A DNA stretch of 64,000 bases from Armatimonadota bacterium (GTDB lineage Bacteria > Vulcanimicrobiota > JACPDS01 > JBDRKI01): assembly GCA_043814095.1 (NCBI GenBank), contig JBDRKI010000036.1, positions 51,598-115,597 of the forward strand, in the 5' to 3' direction. Shown piece after piece: positions 57,532 through 64,000 of this stretch. Numbering within the stretch: the stretch's first letter is position 1; each line of letters opens with the position of its first letter. The position numbers and the translations under genes are program-made. The notes beneath the pieces were generated by a model that was not told where the DNA came from, searched no databases, and was given only the letters and a program-made list of their open reading frames with translations.

Positions 57532-58221
57532 TTTTTTATATTCTATTGCTCTCTTAAATTTATATTTGTTTGAAAAACCGATTTCATTAATCCACTTAAA
57601 AAGGTTTTTGTGACCATATAGGGAGACTTTATATGAGTTGTTTTTGCTGTGACTGTATTTATAGGAACGAATTTTAGGTACTTTAAATCTTAATTTTACT
57701 AAAAAATCCTTGGTTAATTTAGCTAAATTAAAACAAACCGTTGTTAATTCAATACAGGGGTAATTTGAAGTGCCCTTTTTATCAGAGATAAAAACACATC
57801 CACCAGTATCAATAAGACCTCTTAAAAAAGAAGTTATGTGATTAGTGTCATTTCCAATCCAAGGTGGAATTTTAATATTTGAAATATGTTTATAATAACC
57901 AATTTTATTCATAAATGATACAAATCCTTTAGAAGAAAAATATACTACATTTGCATTTTTATTTTTTCTTTTTCGAATTTTTGAATTTATATTAAATAAT
58001 CTAAATATCAGTCTATTAACATGACTTGTTAAATATTGGTATTCTAATAATGAATTGCCAGTAATACGTACTTGATATCTTTTTTTAGTAAAGCTAATAT
58101 GCCCATCGCCGGTCATAATTCCAATAAATTCAGCTAATTCACAAGAAGGCCCATCAGGTAATTTTAGGTTTCTTTTTACATCATTATAACTTAATTTTAT
58201 TTGAGATAAATCAAATTTCAT
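57505..58221 (-). CDS. Free-standing double-motif LAGLIDADG homing endonuclease-like protein
   Basis: LAEFIGIMTGDG and FLRGLIDTGG motifs, IGFSN C-terminal motif; GGTGA SD; 3' end overlaps tRNA-Phe antisense. Confidence 0.85.
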   Translation of the reverse strand: MKFDLSQIKLSYNDVKRNLKLPDGPSCELAEFIGIMTGDGHISFTKKRYQVRITGNSLLEYQYLTSHVNRLIFRLFNINSKIRKRKNKNANVVYFSSKGFVSFMNKIGYYKHISNIKIPPWIGNDTNHITSFLRGLIDTGGCVFISDKKGTSNYPCIELTTVCFNLAKLTKDFLVKLRFKVPKIRSYKYSHSKNNSYKVSLYGHKNLFKWINEIGFSNKYKFKRAIEYKKWDGRNLNP

Positions 58222-58509
58222 TATTAATCACCAAATATCTACTTTGTAACTTAGGTAGTTGGTATTGTTTAAATATCTCACGTGCGCATGTCCAGTGGGA
58301 ATTTAAAAAATTATAGCTTTAAAGGTGCAATATCATTAAAGTGATTTAATAAGTATATATTTGATTTTGAGTTTTTCTTCCCATTTTTATTAATTTTATC
58401 AAGAAAATTCTAATAAAATAAACATCAATGTGTATGCAAATTTTTCCTTAATAAACGCATGATAGGAAAAATTTGGAGTGTGGGATTCAATTTCTCTCTA
58501 GAAAAAGTT

Positions 58510-60690
58510 TTAAGAATAACCTGTTGAAGAAAGTATAGAACCTGCAACAAGATTGAATGCAAGGATTACTATACCAGAAATGATTACGTAGAGTAAAGTG
58601 CTTCGGACTAAATTGTTACCTATTTCGTACCTTTCATTTAGTTTATCAGAGCCATTCTCAATTCCATTTGCTAAAATTGTCAAGATATAGGTAATCTGTA
58701 CAACATATATCCCCACAATGATCTGGAAATGAAAAGCGGGAACACCTAAACCAAATATATCCATGATTCCGCCTCCCGCTGCTGCGCCATCTGCTCCACC
58801 ACCTGCACTTACTGTAGATAATTGTTCTGTCAATTTACCCAAGATTGTTGTTACCATCGATGTTATTCCAATAACAATTCCTGCAATTGCAGGTGTTAAG
58901 AATTTTATCTGCGATTTCATTGAAGAAATAACATCTGCCATGAGGTCTTTTAATCTCTCATTTACTTTATGGATCTCCTTTATATATCTTGCAACATTTG
59001 TAAGAGCCTGAGCTGCAATCATAGGCCCTTTTTTTATGGATTGAACTAAAACCTGCATTGAACTTTCAATCAAGTTTGATGGGAAAAATACTAAAGCTCC
59101 CCTCTTGACATCAAAGATCGCTTGTTTGACGCCCATACCGAGTCGCCTGATGTTATTGCTAACCATAAGGAAAAAATTTCCTGAAATAGTACCTTCCATT
59201 GCGTTAGAGACTTTGGCAAAAGCGGTTTCTGCTGGAATGCCATCCCCTAATCGGTTTCCTAGTTGAAATAAAGCAGCTGCAAATTCTGTTTCTAGTTTTT
59301 TTGCCCTATCCCTGATCTTCATGACGTTTTTTGATTTTACTTTATAATAAAATCCAATTCCAATGCCTAGACCAATTGTTACTGCTAAGCTGATTATTGT
59401 AGCCCCTAGACCGTATGGGCCTTTAATTTCTCCAGTATCTGAGGTTCTGTATCCCAATAAGCAGAATTTACCTTTGCACACACTTCCTGGATCTTCACCA
59501 CCAAACGGGATATCAGGAAAACCGATTAAGTGAAGAATTATTGGTGAGAATCCGATAAATACGAATAAAACTATGATACATATACTAAAATATAAAGGGC
59601 TCATTTTAATTTCTGTTTTTCCAATTTTGAATATTATATTCTTGTATTTACTCAACTCCGGATTCTCTTCAGAGATATCAGTATCCCCATATCCCGTAGG
59701 ACGTCTTGATAGTATGCTCTTACCCATGAAGTACACAACAACTGGAAGAACGAAATTGTATAATGCTGATATGTGATACCATTTTACTTCTTCCATAAAA
59801 CTAACTACTAATGGTAATATCACTAATCCTAATATGGGTAGGATGATTCCAAGCATGTGGAGCATTGTGATTGGGCTTTGTAAATTGTGAGCATAGTGTA
59901 ACATCCTTTCATAAGTTTCGTCTAGAATAAGGTCTAATGACCTATCAAGAGATGTAAGCCTGCGGTCTTCATCTCCTTCAAAAAGAGATGCTTCGATGAG
60001 GTGGAAGGCTTCAATGAACTCCATATTCCATTTCTTCCATGTTTCAAGATAGATATCTAAAGATTCTTTAACTGATTCATATTTTTCTGTTTCAATGTCC
60101 CAGAGAATTTTTTTCATATCTAAGCTAAGAGGTGGGGCTAGATGGTTAGAAGCAAACTGAAGAGCTTTTTCAAGATTAGAGGTATGTCTCATGTATGTAA
60201 CGACATAGAAGACACACAGAACCATCTGGTTAGATGCTTTCATACGCCAGTTGTTTGCTGTGTATTCTGGAAATCTCTCTAAGGGCTTCATCATCCCAAT
60301 CCCCAATAAAAGGAATAAAAGAATGAAGAATGTGGATTGTGTTAGGGCGAAAAATATTAATGATCCAAGCAAAGCTATAATTACGGGCCCTAGAATTGAT
60401 AGGGAACTAACACCAACTGGAGTAACATTAAGATGGCAGATGTCAATTGCTTCTTGTATCTCTGCTTCTCTTTTTTTATTAGGCTTAATCCTTACAGTTC
60501 TTTCACATAATGAGCATGCTTTTTCATAAATGCTTAGATGTTTTGGCATATATGCTTTCTTGAATTCGCTGTATTCTGATGAAGAGATCTTTTCGGTTTT
60601 TTCAACAGCTGTACCAAGCTGCCTTTCAATCTGCCTTCTATAATTATTATAGAGATTTCTCAGTTCCTCTTTTTTTATGTCCTTTGTCAT
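58510..60690 (-). CDS. Archaeal type IV pilus/T2SS membrane platform protein (TadB/C, FlaJ-like)
   Basis: Multi-TM; two GspF-like halves (NLEKALQFA..; ALFQLGNRLGDGIPAE); downstream of the ATPase. Confidence 0.75.
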   Translation of the reverse strand: MTKDIKKEELRNLYNNYRRQIERQLGTAVEKTEKISSSEYSEFKKAYMPKHLSIYEKACSLCERTVRIKPNKKREAEIQEAIDICHLNVTPVGVSSLSILGPVIIALLGSLIFFALTQSTFFILLFLLLGIGMMKPLERFPEYTANNWRMKASNQMVLCVFYVVTYMRHTSNLEKALQFASNHLAPPLSLDMKKILWDIETEKYESVKESLDIYLETWKKWNMEFIEAFHLIEASLFEGDEDRRLTSLDRSLDLILDETYERMLHYAHNLQSPITMLHMLGIILPILGLVILPLVVSFMEEVKWYHISALYNFVLPVVVYFMGKSILSRRPTGYGDTDISEENPELSKYKNIIFKIGKTEIKMSPLYFSICIIVLFVFIGFSPIILHLIGFPDIPFGGEDPGSVCKGKFCLLGYRTSDTGEIKGPYGLGATIISLAVTIGLGIGIGFYYKVKSKNVMKIRDRAKKLETEFAAALFQLGNRLGDGIPAETAFAKVSNAMEGTISGNFFLMVSNNIRRLGMGVKQAIFDVKRGALVFFPSNLIESSMQVLVQSIKKGPMIAAQALTNVARYIKEIHKVNERLKDLMADVISSMKSQIKFLTPAIAGIVIGITSMVTTILGKLTEQLSTVSAGGGADGAAAGGGIMDIFGLGVPAFHFQIIVGIYVVQITYILTILANGIENGSDKLNERYEIGNNLVRSTLLYVIISGIVILAFNLVAGSILSSTGYS

Positions 60691-60699
60691 GTAATTATT

Positions 60700-61515
60700 T
60701 TATATTTTATCAATACTGTATTTAACAATCCCATTATGTGCTTCTGAACAGTTTGAAGTATAAATTCCAACATCTGTTACAAAAGTTAAAGTATCGCATA
60801 CTTTTCCTTCTAAGGGTAAGGTTAATACCAAAGGAGGATCCCAACTTGTTTTACGAGAGAAAATATTTATTCTATCGCTGATGCTTTCACTATTTGATTC
60901 CATATCGATACCAAATGTTATTATTTCTGTTGAACCATCATTTTGTGGATATACTGTAAGGCTTAATTGATCATAAACATCAAATTGCATTACAATATCA
61001 GAATCTGTTGGGATTTCTCTAGTTATTGTAAAATCTTCAACGATTAAAGTATTGATTCCCTTTCCTTGTAGATTAACTGTGAAACCACCTGCAACTACAG
61101 GATAACACACCCAATGAGGGCCGCCAATGTCAATATCCCCTACATAATCAGAGAAGGCAACAGAATCTTCATCATCAACTAAAAATAAATTTTTCTTTAC
61201 CCCTTCTTTTACTGATTCTGCAATAATTGGATAAGAGCCAATGAGGCCTTGTGAGATTGGATTGTCAATATCCACAAAACAAACTTTCTCAATATTTGAT
61301 GGGAGTCTATATGAAGTTACGACTAAAGATCCATAGTCTGCGCTCATCCTTTCAACATCACTACTCAAATCAGATTTGAATTGAATCAACTGGACTGATT
61401 CACCTTTTTCCTGGATTGAAACAATTGCGTTATATCCTAAAAATAGAACTATCATTGCAACAACTGCTGCAATAATATATGTCATTAATTGTTGGGGGAT
61501 TTGAGCCTTTCTCAT
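60700..61515 (-). CDS. Archaeal class III signal peptide (pilin-like) protein
   Basis: MRKA|Q followed by hydrophobic LMTYIIAAVVAMIVLFLGY. Confidence 0.7.
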   Translation of the reverse strand: MRKAQIPQQLMTYIIAAVVAMIVLFLGYNAIVSIQEKGESVQLIQFKSDLSSDVERMSADYGSLVVTSYRLPSNIEKVCFVDIDNPISQGLIGSYPIIAESVKEGVKKNLFLVDDEDSVAFSDYVGDIDIGGPHWVCYPVVAGGFTVNLQGKGINTLIVEDFTITREIPTDSDIVMQFDVYDQLSLTVYPQNDGSTEIITFGIDMESNSESISDRINIFSRKTSWDPPLVLTLPLEGKVCDTLTFVTDVGIYTSNCSEAHNGIVKYSIDKI

Positions 61516-61516
61516 T

Positions 61517-63808
61517 TTATTTCATATTCATCTTTTTAACTGAACGCTTAAACCATTCATTCCAATCAAAAAATATTCTTTTTGAATCTAATGAACCAAC
61601 TTCATCTTTTATTTTATCTGAAATCTTATGGAATTGATCATTTGCATTGACTACATGATCTGCTTCTAGCAAGTCTAGCATTTTTGATCTTTTTGCGATA
61701 TCAACAGTAGTTTCTTTAATCTTTGCTCTTAACAATATATTGTCCCAGACTGCATCCCAATCTCCAGCCCATTCTTTTACATTTCCTGCGATTGCCTTAA
61801 GGATCTCGCTCTCACCATTAATAAGATCATCACTAGGTTCAAGTTGATCAGTGCTTGCCTGATATTTCATAAGGTCAGAGAAACCGTGTTCTAACAAAGG
61901 ATCCTGTTCCCATTGTTTTCTAACCTCAGTAATCTGGGTTACTCTTCTCCAACGATGTAAGCCATCTGCTGACCTTATTGGATTTGCAACTATAATGATG
62001 TCAGTTGCTTTAAAGCTCGTTCTTGGAACCTGTAAATCGTTAACTACCCTGTCATAAACACCATAGGGGGAATCACCATGGATTGTTCCTGCAACAACAT
62101 TTGCCATTGCTCCAATCCTCATTGCTTCATATAATGCAAGAGCTTCTTTGCTTCTTATCTCCCCAATTATCAATGCTGAGTCGCCCATCCTTAATGTTGT
62201 CCTTATCCCTTCATCAGCTGGAACTTCTGCTGTGCCTTTTGTCATTGCAGCTGCAACCTTCATTGTTTGAATATTATATCCCAACTTTCTCAGGGAATTT
62301 GTTGGAAGTTCTAAAGTATCTTCAATTGTTATAATACGGTATTTTCGCATCAATTCAACAAGCAATGATCCAAGCAAAGATGTTTTACCTGCTGACCTGG
62401 TTCCTGCAACTATCAAGGTTCTTGAACCGTCTACAAGGAAACTCAATATACCTGAGGCCAAAGGAGTTATCATCTCATTATTGATAAATAAAGGAAGTGT
62501 CCATGGTTTGTCACGATGTCGCCTAAAAGCATATGCAAGACCGGTCGGATTTAATGGAGCAGATATCACTGCAACTCTTGTATTAGCTCCTGGAAGAGAA
62601 AGTTCAGTATCTAAAATCGGATTTGCTTCATCTAATGGTCTTCCTGAAATCATCCTTAGCTTTGATGCCCATGATTCTGCTTCAGTCCTTGTTGGGATGA
62701 TATTTGTTTTACAATCTGTATAATCCTGGTGAACCAAAAAGATAGGGATTTCGCCCATCGGAGAATTGATGGTTACGTCCTGGACTTTTTCATCTTTCAT
62801 CAACACTTCAATCAAACCAAAACCAACAGTATACCTAACTAATACGTCAGTTAATTCACTTATCTCCTTTGAGGTAACCCTCATGTTCCTAAGACCAGTA
62901 AGTTCTTCAATAAGATCTCCACCAATATTTGAAAAGACCTGCCTCATACGCTCAGGATCAACAAATTCCGATCGTTTTGGCTTGTATTCGCCCATTATCT
63001 TTCTTGCAGTATCTAGAACTTCATATTTTTCTTCAGAAAGCCTAAATTCAGGAGGCATGATGTGATAAAGATATTGAACAGAATCTGGCAACTCAAAAAT
63101 TGTAACTTCAGTATCACCAACCATATAGTTATCAACTTCCTCTGCGTCGTGGGGGTAGGTTGCCATCAACCTAGTGAACATAAAATCAGGCCGTATTGAA
63201 GGGCTAAAGATATGCCTGTATACTTCCCTATCCCCTACTTTGAATCCTGCAAGACGGGGTTTTGCTAAGGCCACCATCCTTGTTTTTTCAAGCATTGATA
63301 GTATATGATCAAGAACTTTTATATACGTAGTCCTACATTTATAGATAGATTCATCGATGGTTTTTTCTAACTGGATACGTTCTTCCCTTGCGATACGTTT
63401 GAGTTCAACATATGCTGCTAGAGGATCGCTTCTTAGGAGGTTTGAGATTATATTATGAATACTCGAATACCATGCATTTGCATTAGGCCTACAAGAAGAA
63501 TCAGAAAATAATGCAGAGTAACCAAGCAAGTCTTTTCTTTTAATCAATTGATTGTATAATTTGGCTATCTCTTGTATTAATTGTGTCTGGTTATAATCAT
63601 ATTCATAATTTCTTTTTTGTGTAAAAACAATCTTTGTTATATTGCCTGATTCTAACAACATATCACAGGTTTTTGACATACAGACAGGATCATCTTCTAC
63701 AGACGGGACTCTTGTATATTCTTCTAAATCAACAATTAGGATATTGTTTTCCCCTTCCCTGATTACATCATAGCTAAAAGGTCCTTTTTTTGGATTGAAT
63801 AATGCCAT
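61517..63808 (-). CDS. Archaeal type II/IV secretion ATPase (VirB11/CpaF/FlaI family)
   Basis: Walker A GTRSAGKT, IEDTLEL, LRMGD, Walker B LIIGEIR, GTIHG. Confidence 0.9.
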   Translation of the reverse strand: MALFNPKKGPFSYDVIREGENNILIVDLEEYTRVPSVEDDPVCMSKTCDMLLESGNITKIVFTQKRNYEYDYNQTQLIQEIAKLYNQLIKRKDLLGYSALFSDSSCRPNANAWYSSIHNIISNLLRSDPLAAYVELKRIAREERIQLEKTIDESIYKCRTTYIKVLDHILSMLEKTRMVALAKPRLAGFKVGDREVYRHIFSPSIRPDFMFTRLMATYPHDAEEVDNYMVGDTEVTIFELPDSVQYLYHIMPPEFRLSEEKYEVLDTARKIMGEYKPKRSEFVDPERMRQVFSNIGGDLIEELTGLRNMRVTSKEISELTDVLVRYTVGFGLIEVLMKDEKVQDVTINSPMGEIPIFLVHQDYTDCKTNIIPTRTEAESWASKLRMISGRPLDEANPILDTELSLPGANTRVAVISAPLNPTGLAYAFRRHRDKPWTLPLFINNEMITPLASGILSFLVDGSRTLIVAGTRSAGKTSLLGSLLVELMRKYRIITIEDTLELPTNSLRKLGYNIQTMKVAAAMTKGTAEVPADEGIRTTLRMGDSALIIGEIRSKEALALYEAMRIGAMANVVAGTIHGDSPYGVYDRVVNDLQVPRTSFKATDIIIVANPIRSADGLHRWRRVTQITEVRKQWEQDPLLEHGFSDLMKYQASTDQLEPSDDLINGESEILKAIAGNVKEWAGDWDAVWDNILLRAKIKETTVDIAKRSKMLDLLEADHVVNANDQFHKISDKIKDEVGSLDSKRIFFDWNEWFKRSVKKMNMK

Positions 63809-63961
63809 TTACTTTGTCCTCTTTTTGTTTTCTTCTTTAAGATGTTCAAGCGCAATCTCAATTAGATGAGATTTATTCCTATATTTTCTCGTGTCTTCTA
63901 CTTCCTTGTTTATCCAAATAATAAGCTCTTCTTCAATTGTTGCAGAAATGGGTCGTTTCAT
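63809..63961 (-). CDS. Ribbon-helix-helix (CopG/NikR-like) small regulator, 50 aa, absent from the ORF track
   Basis: Own translation MKRPISATIEEELIIWINKEVEDTRKYRNKSHLIEIALEHLKEENKKRTK*; stop abuts ATPase ATG. Confidence 0.75.
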   Translation of the reverse strand: MKRPISATIEEELIIWINKEVEDTRKYRNKSHLIEIALEHLKEENKKRTK

Positions 63962-64000
63962 ATTATAATATATATTTTATATTATATTTCATTATTTAAT

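Overview
The window has two parts. About 1-56,090 looks like an anaerobic, low-GC bacterium of undetermined lineage. It carries a KamA-family radical SAM gene, an IPT/beta-propeller surface protein, an 11-gene complex-I-like group 4 [NiFe]-hydrogenase operon with its maturation protease, DPP-III, and a rhomboid protease. It also has a ygeY/carbamoyltransferase/carbamate kinase cluster, glyA, a divergent transketolase, a UvrD-nuclease fusion, serS, tRNA-Leu(GAG), ftcd, tldD/E, nth and trxA. Three orphan gene clusters share an upstream array of 11-bp direct repeats (TTAA-N7-TTAAC...TGGCAATA...TATGTTA). Inside the glycyl-tRNA synthetase gene (about 56,060-56,100) the sequence switches to archaeal, DPANN/Woesearchaeota-like DNA. 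That part holds a single-OB-fold SSB/RPA, a tRNA-Phe(GAA) with two non-canonical BHB introns, an antisense-overlapping LAGLIDADG gene and an archaeal type IV pilus-like operon with a small RHH gene the ORF track missed. The simplest explanation for the junction is an assembly chimera. No CRISPR array, rRNA or transposase was seen. All calls are motif-based readings without database searches.
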